A stretch of 62,984 nt of DNA, the filler included, from Rozella allomycis CSF55 (taxonomy: Eukaryota), in NCBI GenBank assembly GCA_000442015.1. It is 17 parts of 17 records of this genome, joined end to end, with 100 filler letters (N's around TTAATTAATTAA, not from the genome) between each part and the next. Parts side by side here need not be neighbours in the genome. Positions count along the whole stretch, not along the records: positions 1 to 2,108 come from KE561330.1; positions 2,209 to 8,723 come from KE561336.1; positions 8,824 to 10,037 come from KE561337.1; positions 10,138 to 12,541 come from KE561338.1; positions 12,642 to 17,131 come from KE561340.1; 12 more parts are not named here. One strand, given 5' to 3'. A program made the position numbers and the translations under genes. Below, piece by piece: positions 1 through 13,265 of the stretch. Numbering within the stretch: the first letter of the stretch is position 1; each line of letters starts with the position of its first letter. The notes under the pieces were generated by a model. That model saw only the letters and a program-made list of their open reading frames with translations. It made no database searches and was not told the DNA's origin.

Positions 1-156
1 ATGACTGCGTGATTCTTGCGCCAAGTGAAAAGACGACCGGTGCTTTTGCGGAGAGTTGTACCTTGCATGTAATACAGGAGAAGTGTAATAAAACGAATTT
101 ATAGAGTTAAAATTAGAAACAAATGATTATAATTAGATTGATGTTTAAAAATAGAT

Positions 157-2108
157 TTATTTCTTTATTTTCTTCTTTGATTCGAAAACTTGATTCTTTG
201 CCTTGACTGATTGTACAAGAGAATTTAAAGATTCGTTTATAAACTTTTTCTTTTGTGGTTGAGAATTTTCGTTTTGATTTTCAGATTTACGTTTTAATTT
301 TTGGTCTAATAAAACTCTCATAGCAGAAGTTTCTTTGAATTGAGGATTAGTTGGATCGATAGAAAATTCTGGTTGATCAAAAACAGCTTGAAAACGAGCA
401 TCTGAAGTATCAATTTGAAAGTCATCCTTTTGAATATTTTTCTTGTTTTTCTTTTTCTTACTTTTTTGCTCATTTTTAATAATTTCTTTCATACTGAAAT
501 GTTTCTTTTCTTCTTCTTCTTCATTAGACATCATTAAAAGCTCCAATTCAGCAGCATCCTTTGGATCAATATTCTTTCGTTTATTTTTTCTCTTTGAAGC
601 TTTTTTATTTTCATCGTCAGAAACTAATTTATTTTCTTCATCTTTGTCAGAATTTTGATCAAGTTCAGCAAAAATGTTTTCTTCTATATCGCTATTTTCA
701 TCATTTTCACCAGCAACTTTTCCTCCAAATCCTGTAGCAAAAGTAACTTCAACTTCTTCCATTTTACGTTCTTTTTCAAAAGGATTTGCATCTGAAACTC
801 CCAATAAAAGGTCTCTGTATTTTTTAGCTGCATCCTCTTCTTCTGAATCAGATGAAGCCAAATACGCATTCAAGTCCATGTTCTCAATCGCATCAGGCTT
901 GAACGCTTTCTTAATNATCCTCTTCTTCTGAATCAGATGAAGCCAAATAAGCATTCAAGTCCATGTTCTCAATCGCATCAGGCTTGAACGCTTTCTTAAT
1001 CGCTATTTTCCTGTCAATATCATCTTCATCCCATGTTAATTTAACTTTGGAATGTTGAAGAACATTTGTTGTGAAATCTTTTGGTTCATACTTCAAAGGC
1101 GCTTCAGTGGCAACATCTCTGATTATTAAACGTTAAAATTATTATTTACACTGGCTGATCTTCAAATTCCATATCATCTGGAATAAATCTTAAATCAAAG
1201 AAATTCGCACTCTTTTCAAATTCAATCCCATCGCAGCTTTTATATATCACCGTTGCTGTCTCAACTGAATCGCATTCAACTACAGCGTAATAATACCTTT
1301 TAAATAAATTTGTTTAATTTACTTTAATCTTTCTAATTGATATTTCTTCAAAGCTGCTTCATTAAANACAACTCTTATAAATCACCGTTGCTGTCTCAAC
1401 TGAATCACATTCAACTACAGCGTAATAATACCTTTTAAATAGACTTGTTTGATTTACTTTAATCTTTCTAATTGATATTTCTTCAAAGCTGCTTCATTAA
1501 AATCTTCTCCATTATCTTCTGTCAAAAATTCCTTCTTTATCGCCTTTTCTTCTTTCTCTTCTGTCTTCTTTTTTTCCTCCTTAAGCTTCAACTTGTTTCT
1601 TTTTCTATTAATATCCTCTTCCTCAACAGGTTTAAAGATCTCTTTGGGTGGACCTTCAATAGCCTCTTGAGCCAGTCTCTCTTTTCCAAACTCTGATGCA
1701 TATATTGAAACACTTTTAACAATTCCAGTGGCTGGTTTGAATGAATCAAACGCTTTAAACAAGTCAATAGCCTTCAGTTTATCCCANGCTCAACAGGTTT
1801 AAAGATCTCTTTAGGTGGACCTTCAATAGCCTCTTGAGACAGTCTCTCTTTTCCAAACTCTGATGGATATATTGAAACGCTTTTAACAATTCCAGTGGCT
1901 GGCTTGAATGAATCAAACGCTTTAAACAAGTCAATAGCCTTCAGTTTATCCCAATCCATATTCACAGCTGCAAATCTTTTAGTTTCATCGCCATATTCTA
2001 CATTTTCCTTTCATGAATATAGCGATAATAGTTTACCAATGCCAAAGGATGTGTGTATTCAATATCTAATTCTTCTTCATCGAATTCTTCATCATTAAAC
2101 AAATCAGA
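157..2108 (-). CDS. ESF1: Pre-rRNA-processing protein ESF1 (5'-truncated, multi-exon, with assembly duplications at single Ns)
   Basis: Motifs [57 protein letters not shown] and a C-terminal NUC153-like [19 protein letters not shown]. Confidence 0.93.
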
Positions 2109-2208
2109 NNNNNNNNNNNNNNNNNNNNNNNNNNNNNNNNNNNNNNNNNNNNTTAATTAATTAANNNNNNNNNNNNNNNNNNNNNNNNNNNNNNNNNNNN
2201 NNNNNNNN
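2109..2208. other. Artificial contig spacer N44-TTAATTAATTAA-N44. Repeats at about 8724, 10038, 12542, 17132, 20359, 22939, 26038, 30503, 31972, 38422, 40220, 41594, 43723, 59959 and 61607
   Basis: Identical N runs around a six-frame stop linker; genes break abruptly at each one. Confidence 0.98.
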
Positions 2209-5200
2209 TGTTTCTTCATTAAATGGACCTTGAATGCATTCTCGATACCAGTTTTGGATTGTTCATCCAGCATGTTAAGGGCTGACTTGAAAGCTGCTGG
2301 ATGAGATGCCGCCCATGTGAGTAATTGTGGCACTATAAAATCGGCGTTATTGCCTTTTAACATGGAACTGGAAACTGGTAGAAATAGAGACAAAAATTGT
2401 TCCCCTAGTAAAATTCTATATTGTGTTTTACGAGGATAGATGTTGTAAACAGTTGAAATAGTTTTGAATACTTCTTGGTGGTAATTTTGCATATTGCACA
2501 ATACGGGCATTAAGTTTGTGATGTAGTAAGTGGATATTGAAGATAGATTTTCCTTGAGGGACAGAGAGAATAAGGATCTAATGGATTGGAATATCAAAGT
2601 GATGATTTCAGAATCTGGATTTGATAATTCAACTTTTATGAGATTTAAAAGGGATTCCATTGCTGTTTTGTTTGTGACCCCATTGGACAAGTAAATAACG
2701 CTTGCCAAGACAATATTTCGAGTAGAAAGATTACTTTTAAATAAAGACTAAAAATGTTACCTTTTGAAAAGAACGTTAAAGTTTGAAGAGCATTTCTTTT
2801 TGAGTTCAGGATTAATAGATTCTAGTAATGATTTAAGACTAAGTAGAGCTTTTGGAGCATTTTCAGTTTCAGTTGTCAGTATATCAAGAATAAAAGTAAA
2901 ATAAATAAATACTTGTATAAAAATTTAAAAAGAAGCCAAAAATGTTGATTTGAAGTGATGAGGGAATTGTTGACCAAAGAATTTCTGAAATTTCTAAAAT
3001 GAGAGAAACAATTTCAGAATTTGATGAATCTTTTCGTTTTATTGGAGCTTTCAAAGATTAAATAAAAGATTACGATGAAATTTAATAAAAGAGTTGAAAT
3101 TGGGAACAAAAAGTGAAATTGGATGAGAGATTAGTTTAAAGAGATTGAAGAATAAAGAATCAGCAGCGAATAAATTCAAATTTGAATTCAATCTAAAAAT
3201 AGATTACGAAATTTCGCTACTCTTTTGAAATTAAGTTTTTGATGGATGGATTTGAAATAATTTTGATTAAATTTGAAAGAATGAATTTTGCAACTTGAAA
3301 ATCTTCACTTTGAATTAATCTAGAGAAGATTGCAAAAACTTCTAATAAACAAAGCTAGTTAGAGCCAACTTTGAAATTTACTTTATCAATTTCTGATTTA
3401 ACGATTGATTCATTCAAGAGATTAGAAATTGTTGAAATGCAAATTAAAGTTGAATCTGAAAATGGACAAGAAATAACTTGAAAGGCCAAACCAAAAATTA
3501 TATGAAAAGTTTTGTTAATTCCTTGTGATGAATTTAAACATTTATATTGAAGAGAATTCAAAGTTATGGGATGTTTCTCTTCAATTAAAACGTTGATGGC
3601 ATTCAAAATTGAAATAAATCCAGATTCATAAAACTAGAAAAGAATTTTTAATTCAAATTTACTGGAAAGATCAATTGAGAGAAATTTAAAAGATTTCCAT
3701 CAAGTTCCAATTCAGTTATTGAATTCAGATTTTCAACTTTAAGTTTTGCGTAATCTTTCAAACATGAAATCCAAAGAGAAGACAATGAGTTTAAATGACT
3801 TTAATAATCAAATAAAAGAAATTATTTACGGTTGAATGACAAGCGTCAAGAATGATTGTTTTGAACAAACCAATTCAGCCCAAGCCACCAATGATGAAAT
3901 CTTTATCATCGTTGAAGCATCAGAACTAAAATCAGACAATTCAATTTCATCTTTATTAATTTATTAAATAAAAGAAACCTTTAATTTTATCTAAACAGTT
4001 TGTTAACGGCTTTAATATTCTCCCAAGTGTCGAAATATCTTTACTAACCCCACTGGAAACATAAACAGAACAGATTTTAATTCCAATTGATTGAATTTCC
4101 GGTATTACATCAGATGAAAACACTGGGGTTATCGCTGACGTTATTTGTGCTTGGTATTGTTCAAGTATTGAATGGCCAGCAAACTCTGGATCTTCAATTA
4201 AACTAAATTTCAACAATATATCTTCCAACAATAATAATCCTTGCAGTCTTAATGAATCTGAAACACTCGTTGACGCATTAAATGACACTTTAATAAATTC
4301 ATGAATTTTCGGAATTAATATTTCAGAATTTGAATTTGTTTTTAAAGAGATTTGCAGCAGCTGAATTAAGAATACCAAAGTTTTCCAATTTAATTTTGAA
4401 TTTAGAATATTTTCAACAATCAAAACATTTTCTGGTTTCACATTATTCAAATCAATTAAATTTGTGCCACTTTGAGCATTTTTAGAAATTTCCAAAATGA
4501 GAAAAGGATCTTCAATTGAAATAAATTTGCATAAAATGATTAAAGTTTCTTTAATTTCGTTATTCTCATCTTTTAAAAATGCTAAAAATTGATTTATTAA
4601 ATAATTTGAATATTTCAAAACACTTTTATAGTCTCTTTGAATTAACTGTCTTAAACAAGTCACACAACCTTTTGTGTTGTTTTTATTTAACATTTTAGTT
4701 TGAATAATTGGAATTATCTTTTTATAATCAACAACATTTGGAGCAAACAGAATAATTTGTTGCAAGATTAACAGCCCCTGATTTATTATTGATTCATTTT
4801 GATTGAACATCCAATCCATCATTATTAAACATTTATCAACAATAGTAATTAATTCTGGTCCAATCATTCCAATCAAACTCAGCAATAATTTACTCATCAT
4901 TTCATAGTTTGTTTCATTCGTTAAACTAAACCAAAGTTTGTTTAATAAATTCATTAAAGGGTTTAAATATTCTTCAAAATAAATTCCAGAGCTTTCAATT
5001 GTTATAGAAAGTGAATGCAAACACCAAACACTAACAATTTCATTCGCATCGCTGCTCAACGACATTAAGATTCCAATGACAGTCTTTACATGGGCACCAA
5101 CAGTCATGCTTCCCAGTTCTCTCATTACACATCCAATCGCCAATCCAAATGATCCTTTCGCTACACAATCCTTGTTATTAATCAATTGATCCACCAACGT

Positions 5201-7830
5201 CTTTATTAAATTACTCGTAAACTCATTCTGTCCATTCACTTTAACTAATTTGCCTAGAATCTCACAGGCGATACATCTAATCATTTCATCTGGATGTAGA
5301 ATAAACATCTGAATCAACTCTTGACTCAACTCTATCAATTTATTCGATCCAATTGTTTTAATCTCTGAAATAAAAATAGAAAAAAATAACAAAATCTTTT
5401 CTTCATTCTCTTTGCCATTCTTTAAATTCTGTAACAATGCATTCAAACAAGACTCTTGTGTAATCACATTCTGATTAGCTGCTACTCTGGCTGCCAATTT
5501 AATAGATTCATTGATAACCAACACACTGGATTTATTAGGGACATTAAATTCATCCAAAAATGATGCAATAACTGACGCTGTATCATTCTCATAGCTAGTC
5601 TGAAATTTACTAAATTGTTCAAAATTGATTCTCTTGTTAATCTTTGCTAAACAATATTCATTTTTATTCAATCGTTTAAATAATTCAGATGTATCAAAAG
5701 GCAATTTAAGAAAAGTGTCTAAACAGACTTGAAGTAGTCTAGTAGCACTGGATTCAAATGCATCCACTGGAAGATTAGAAAAACATTGAAACAGGCGAGT
5801 TACAAGCAAATAGTTTATTGGATTGTTATTTATTGCTTCATAAACTTTTGGTGTAACGTTGAGAGCATTTTCAACTATTTTTGATATTCTTTTAGTTAAT
5901 TCTAAATTCATTAAAGGCTTTTGATGAAACATGAATGAATTTAAACAAGTTAAAGAAGCTAATCTAACAGAAATATAACGCATTAAATGTTCTTCATTAG
6001 TTGGAAGCGCTTCATTCTTTGAAAATATTGAATTCCAAAACAACATCAATTGAACAAGCTGGATTTTAATAAAATTTGATTCTAGAGCCATTAACGGTGT
6101 AAGCAGAATCCATGCCATTGTTTGTTGCACTGTCAACACATTTGATGCTTCCTTGACTTCTTTCTTTAATAAATTCATACATTTTGAAATAATTCTTAAA
6201 ATTAAATCAGATGAAATGTACAAGGGTTTCTTATTAACAACATTCAAAATACTCGCCAATCCAATCACATGGCCATACAGTTTATGCAACAGTTTTGAAT
6301 CATCAACAACATTAAACATATCCTTTTCAATCATATTCAACAATCTATTCACAAATTTACTCAACAATGATGGTTGTGCTGAAACTAACATTCTTAAACA
6401 TCTAGCCCCATTCACTTGAACTACTTTGGATGAATAAACAAGCAAATTAAACAATGGCTCAATAATCCCTTCTTGCGCTCCACTAACAAGTGAATCCAAC
6501 TCTACAAACAACAACGAAACTTGATTCAAAACACAAACTATTTGATCATCATTCAGCTCTTCCTTCTTTTCATTTTGCTTCAACAACTCTCCAACACATT
6601 GAATCATCTTTATTTTAAAAGGCTCTGTTGAATTCAAACAAAGACTTTTCATTATAAATCCAACACTCTCTCTCATATTCTCTGATGGAATTTTGGGCAA
6701 ATCAAGAAACGATAAAACATGCGAAATCACCATCGTCATTTCTTCTTCAAATATTTCAGCTCCAAGAATAGAAAACAAAACAGAATAAATCTCAATCAGT
6801 CCCATGCACGTTTCATGCGATAATCCATTCATTTTAGAAATTGGAGTATACAACAAATTCAGCATTTCAATCACACTACAAATACCCCCTTGTTCTCCTT
6901 CTTTATTTACAATCTTCTTCTTCTTATCAACAATCTTTACTCCACATTGCGGCTTCTGTGTAGACGCTAAAATATTTCCAATCATTTTGGCCAACGCCTT
7001 TCTAAACAATTCAGATTCATCAAAACACTTCAACACAAACAAAACCAAATTCTCAACTTCAGAAAATTGTATAGCAATCGTTGATGTCATAAACAAACTA
7101 TTCAAACACTACAATCAACCCCTTCAATCATTCTTACATTTGCTGCAGATATTCTAACTTGCGCATTCTTATCACTCATCAATCCCTTCATCACTTTAAA
7201 CACATCCTTGTGAATCCCTTCATTAATTGCTTTGCCAACTCCATTCAGAGTTTTCATCAACGTTTCAATCGATTCAATCCTCACAGTATTCTTTATACAC
7301 TAACAATCAATCACATACCTCTTTATCAAACTTGTTTATATACTTCAACAATATAGTCACCGCTTCCACTCCAATAGTCGACACTCTACTTCCAACCTTC
7401 TCCATCACACTCCCAAGCACACTCAATACAACCCTGTCATCATCTCCAAACAATCTTACAATCTACTATACTCTTGCTGCGACTTGAATGCACCAGTCAA
7501 CAGATCCAACAAAGAATTACAAAACTCATACAGCCCCTTTGTCTCTCCGTACGTTATAAACAGCAACAAAACATCGCGCAAGATACTCTCGCAACGGGCG
7601 CGGTGACATGCACTTCAACTTTATTATCGTCTTTAATTTTGTTTCAAGATGGGATTGCTGGCTCTTTAACACATCCTTTGCGATCAAATTGACGCTTTTA
7701 CTGGCTCTAAAGTGGGAATTGTGTTTTCTATCTTGTGCAGGAAATTTAATAATATGGATTGCTGCTTTTCAGTTGATATTGATACGCCGTCTGCTGTTTG
7801 GAGGTACTTTTCGTCAATCTCAAATGTCAT
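2209..7830 (-). CDS. LAA1: HEAT-repeat AP-1 accessory protein HEATR5/Laa1 (multi-exon, 3' end at contig edge)
   Basis: 1049-aa HEAT exon with the signature DPEFAGHSILEQYQAQITSAITPVF. Upstream exons read MTFEIDEKYL..NFLHKIENTIP (ATG 7830, intron 7676-7701) and RPLREYLARC. Confidence 0.88.
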
Positions 7831-8823
7831 TGTTGTTGTTTATGAAATTTACAAAATGCACTATTTATTATTTATGAGGAATTCGGGCTGGATTTGAATT
7901 AAATTGGAAAATTGAGAATGTAAACGCCAAGACTAGTTTATTTGAAGAAATTGGCTTTTTGATATGAATGTCAAGATGCATAAAAGGAATGCTAATTGAG
8001 ATTGGAGAGAGGATTCACTGGCAGTCTGGCAATGGATCCGGAACCAATTGTTTGAAAATTGAAAACAGCAAGATTTTGCCATAAGTTATATATACATGCA
8101 TTCCTTTTTAAGTCATCCCTTTTTTATTTGTACCTGATTTAATTTTCTTTGCCACATTTATCATACTCAAGTTCAACAACTGAATGACGTCAAAAAAGAA
8201 AGAATATAGTCACACTCACGTTTCAATATTGCTCGAGCCAAGATGCGTTTAAAACGAAATACAGATGATACGGATGAAGAGTTGAGTTGGCAAAACCGAA
8301 GCAGCACTGCCTGCCGATCTCAATGCTGGGAGGAAGATGTGGATCAAAACCATCCTAAAACTGTGCCTTCAGTCCAATTTTCAGAGTTCTCTTTGTATCA
8401 GTGTAGTAGAGATGATGAACTGAGTTTGAATACAAGGATCTCGAGAAGAATTACCTTCGGGACAAACCCCATTTAATGTTTGAAATTCATGTATCAAGTT
8501 GATGGCATCACCCAAGCGTTCAAAAAGAATTATCCAGCTGGCAATAGATTCTGGGACAAAATCAAGGCCAGAATTCGGAGTCTGCAGTTTAGTTGCAATA
8601 TTGAGAAGATAATTAATTAGGTGATTTAATGGATGGGAATGGGAAAAGGGAAAAGTAAGGAAAGCATGTATGGACATTTCACTACATTGTTCCTGCCAGC
8701 TTGAGTGAAGTTGTTAATGTTCGNNNNNNNNNNNNNNNNNNNNNNNNNNNNNNNNNNNNNNNNNNNNTTAATTAATTAANNNNNNNNNNNNNNNNNNNNN
8801 NNNNNNNNNNNNNNNNNNNNNNN

Positions 8824-10029
8824 TATGTCATACATAGAATATTTTGAAATGTAGTTGTAAGATAATTTAATGAATTTCACTCCAATGAGTTGTTTAGCGA
8901 CATATCGCCAATCGATATTATTAGATTCCTGCGGGTTTTGCACTTTCCCTGACAAATTGATTTTTCGTAACTTTGAATCTTTAATCTTTGAAACCAAAGA
9001 ATGAAATAAGTCAGGTTGAAATCTGACCATAGAAATGCTAAAAAGATCAAGGTTTTTGTAGCTGTCGGATATCGTGTTTGTCAATTCTGAATCCATTGTG
9101 CTGTTATTGCTGTTTTCGATGAACATATGAGATACAATTAATTTTTTCACCTTTGATGTTCGAATATTATGGAAAAACGACAGCCATTCCTCTCTGAGTG
9201 CAGATTGACCTGCGAGATTGAGGGTATTTATGTTTTCAAGATTATCAGCCAACTTTGCAATGTAATTGATTTTACCGGTAAACATTGTGAAGTATTCAAA
9301 GCTGAGATGTTTTAATGAGCTTCCCTTGATTTTAGAAACTATTTCATTGATTAATTCCCCTGAAACATCATTAAAACCAAAAATTAGTGTTTCCAAAGAT
9401 TTAATGCTCCCTGCAAAAATTTTAAAAGACTCAACCCAGCTTTCTCCCATTCCAAGATGAAATGTTCTTAATAGATTCAAGTACTTTAGCCTGCCATGAA
9501 CAAGCACATATTCAGCCAAATATCTCAAATGACTGGAATCAATACTCGCGCCAACTAATGAAAGCCAGCGTATATGACTGAAGCTTTTGAAGAGGTTTAC
9601 GATCTTCTGGTTAGGAATTTCACGTAGATCGATATAGGCTAAATCAATTTTTTCAAGTGTGTCAGACGAATTTATTAACCTTGCCAAATCATCAACATAA
9701 TCATCATATAAGTCATCAATCCTTAGCGTTTGAACTCCTACTAACGATTTCAAATCTTCCAACTCTTCCAATCGGTCATAACCGCATGATACTCTAAGCA
9801 CACCTGTTATTCTGTGAATGAATTTTGTTGATAGAAAATTTTTGTATTCTTTGAGATTGTCAAAAAACATATTGATCTTCAGAATGGTGAACAAAACCAT
9901 TGCATCATCAGCAACTTTCTCAAGACATTTGATTGATGTTTCGGCTGCTACAAACCTAATATGATATGAATGTGAGTCTCTAGAATGAGATAGCATCGTG
10001 CTTGGTGAGCAGGACAATAGTAGAGTCAA
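8824..10029 (-). CDS. RNI-like leucine-rich repeat protein (partial)
   Basis: Repeated LxxLxL units (LEKIDLAY, IRWLSLVG, LKYLNLL, LETLIFGFN, INTLNLAG, LRKINLSG). Confidence 0.7.
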
Positions 10030-10137
10030 TTTACTACNNNNNNNNNNNNNNNNNNNNNNNNNNNNNNNNNNNNNNNNNNNNTTAATTAATTAANNNNNNN
10101 NNNNNNNNNNNNNNNNNNNNNNNNNNNNNNNNNNNNN

Positions 10138-12541
10138 TTAGATTTAATGCTTTTTATGGCTTTAGTGCCTTTGAAACCATGATCACTTTCATTTAAGAGA
10201 GATGTTCCGGAAATTTCCATGCTCTTCTTTCCCCTTTTCGTCTTCAAAGTCAAAGGAGAGTCTAAGACTTTTGGTTTGGCTGATGATATGTTTAAAGTAT
10301 TGGATTTTGTAGTTGGAGTTGTATTGTGTTCGGCTTGTGGAGATTGGATAATTCCCATTCTTGTAAAGACATGTTGATTCTGGAAAAGAACCTCGTCTTT
10401 CAAAGGTAGATCCATTTTAATTTTTGGTTTAGATTTAGATATCCATGCTTGTTGAAGAGGAGCCATAGAATCTTCCAAATTTATAAGGACAGGTTGATTT
10501 TGGAGATGGCTATCGTCTTCCAAAGGTAGATCCATTTCCATTCTAAATTTAGATGTAGATATAGATGGATGTTCAAGAGGAGCAGTTGAATCCTCCAAAT
10601 TTATGAGGATAGATTGACTCTGATTTTGAGCAACATTTCCTTTAGAGGATGATTGATTGCAGTCGACCATAGGTAAATTCATTTTTGACATTGATTTAGA
10701 TTGAAACAAATTTAAATGATTCTCTTTAGATTGAAATGGATGTTGAAGAGGATCCATGGAATCTTCCGAATTGATAAGGACAGATTGATTCTGGGATTGA
10801 TCATCATTTGCTTCAGAGGATGACTGACTGTAGTCGAAGTTCATTTTTGAAATAATCGATTTAGATGGAGATAAATTTGAAAGAGACTCTATAGAATGCA
10901 ATGGATTTTGAAGAGGATCCATGGAAATTTCCAAATTTGTAAAGACGGGTTTACTCTGGAAAACATCGTTTTCCGAAGGTAGGTCCATTTTAATTTTTGA
11001 TTTAGATAAAGATAAGGATAAAGATGGATGTTGAATAGGAGCCTCACAAGTTTCCAGGTTTGGATAGACGGGTTGAATCTGGAAAGGAACATCGAGTTTC
11101 AAAGGTAGATCCATTTTTGATTCAGATATAGATTTAGATGTATGTTGAAATGGAGCCATGAGATGATTCAGATTTGGAGGATTAGATTGATTCTGGACTT
11201 GAACATCGTTTGCTTCAGAGGATGACAAACTGCAGTCGACCATTGGTAAGTTCATTTTTGAAATTGATTTAGATTGGAATATATTCAAATGATTTTCTTT
11301 AAGATGAAATGGATGTTGAAGAGGATCCACAAAAATTTCCAAATTTGTTTGAGGAGCAGAAAGCATTTCTCCTGGAGAGAAATCTTTATTGTAGTCATCC
11401 TGTATCTCGTTGCCAGAAAGCGTCTCTCTAGGTATATCCTCTCCAGAAAAAAGGAGGCATTCATTTCCAATGTTGTCATCCCTTTCAATTTGCATTGGAT
11501 ATATTTTATAATTTAATAAATGTTTTTGCTCGTGGTTCATTTTATTTTCTTTTCCTGTCATGTTGAGTCCAAAAGGAAGTTGACTGAGCCATTTGTTTTG
11601 GTTGTCGTGATTAAGAGAAGATTGAAGTAAGATTCTTTCATCCTTTAATTTAGGGTCAATATGTATCATTTTTGAGATTAAAGAAGATGAAATTTCTTCC
11701 AGCTCGAGACGATTATTTTTGGTGTCTCCATGTATCAAGGGAGACACACATGAGGAGAAACCCGAAGATGGTACTTTCAACTTATTCTCTGATTTAGATA
11801 TAGATTCTCCAGTAGATATTCCAGAAGATATTGATGGATTCGATATGTAACCTTTTAAACTATTCGGATTTGAGATGGAATTCATATTAGAGAAAGTATG
11901 AGACGGCTCATAAGAGTTGTTTCCTTCCTTTTGTTTACACGGTAAGTTCAGATCATGTTTGTTATTAGTAGACGAAGGATTAGAGTGAAGAGAATGAAAC
12001 TTCTTGGAAGAGGTAAGAACTTTACAGGTCTTATCTTTTGAGTTGTTCTCATATTTAGGCAAGTCTCCATTTGATTTAGAAATGTTTTTAAAATAATTTA
12101 GAAAAGATTTAGAAGAGTTAGAAGATTTAGACTTAGAATTCTTTTTGCTTATAGACCGAAGAGGTTTCTCTTTTATAAATTTGTAGGGTGTAGAAATTTT
12201 TGAGCTTGAAGATGAAGCATCGACTTGATAAGGTAATAGTTGATTATTAGTTAGATCTAAATTAGATATAGATGTAGAATTAGAAATTGAAGCTGGGCAA
12301 GGAAGATCAATCAACATTACCTCACCAAGATCCGATGGAGATAGAGATGAAGAATAAGGAATTGGTAAGTGAGAAGCTGGTAAGTTAGGAATTTCATGAT
12401 TAACATTAGATTTAAATGAATTAATAGCATTAAGAGAAGAAATAGAAGATGGTTCCTTATGTAAAATGCTTTCATTATCAGTATTTTGAGATTTTCCCTT
12501 CGAAAGATTAGAAGTTGAGTCATCGACTTGATAAGGTAATG
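10138..12541 (-). CDS. Ser/Asn/Pro-rich low-complexity protein with internal ~45-aa repeats (partial)
   Basis: Open for over 700 codons; recurring unit NLEDSMAPLQHPxxSKSKxKMDLP / SKMNLPMVDCxxSSS. Confidence 0.6.
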
Positions 12542-12641
12542 NNNNNNNNNNNNNNNNNNNNNNNNNNNNNNNNNNNNNNNNNNNNTTAATTAATTAANNN
12601 NNNNNNNNNNNNNNNNNNNNNNNNNNNNNNNNNNNNNNNNN

Positions 12642-13265
12642 GACCCTCAACAACAAAATTCCCACATTCCAATGGTATATACATACCGGTCCCAACATAA
12701 TCATTACTCCTAATGGTTAAAGGGGCGTGTTCGCTGCAATGTAACATGACGTAAAAAGATGAAGGTATTTGTGAATTGAGGTGGAATTTTAGGGTGGTTG
12801 GTGCAGGTCTTGATATTGAAAAGGTTAGATTGTCAAACTCTTTTTCCGAGTACTCTCCGTCCAACTTTTGCTACATGATGCCTGGTGAATATTTTAAAAG
12901 CTTGCTTCAAATGCATCACATCTCCATTGACCCTCCACATAGCCGTCATCATCAATACCCTCTTCTGCCAGCACCAACCACAAATCTCTTCCAACTCGCA
13001 CTCCATCCCTTGACCAATCATTAAGGTACACAGCCTATCATACAGCTCACTCAAAAACATTCCATACTCATGCAGCGTCCCATCCTCACCGCTCAAACTC
13101 CAAGATTCCACATATCCTATGAAACCTGCAAGCAACTCGAGTTTATCTGAGCTCTGTTTGTAGCATTCGTTAAACAGCTTTTCTAAAAGATGCGGTGGAA
13201 TGTGTTTTTGCAGACAACAAGTATAGAAATCCAGTGGGTCCGGGATACGCCTTTCGTCGGCAAAG
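12642..13265 (-). repeat. Inverted duplicate of 16676-17131 (CFAP54-like gene), probable amplification chimera
   Basis: Near-identical reverse complement. This copy has an extra 170 nt (12682-12851) and lacks 2 nt. Confidence 0.9.

Noticed and set aside
443-931. Hydrophobic Phe/Ser-rich antisense ORFs (here and opposite most genes)
   Set aside because: Shadow ORFs of Lys/Glu-rich coding sequence on the other strand
2109-2208. Regularly recurring TTAATTAATTAA in N runs as a biological repeat or CRISPR-like array
   Set aside because: Synthetic six-frame stop linker between contigs; ORFs ending in X runs or ..LIN are artefacts of it
8243-8720. Short ORFs downstream of the HEATR5 promoter
   Set aside because: No recognisable motif and stops in all frames; possibly a decayed gene or TE, not supportable
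13190-13265. N-terminus MRWNVFLQ.. of the 290-aa reductase ORF
   Set aside because: It is antisense CFAP54-like sequence from the inverted duplicate, not part of the enzyme
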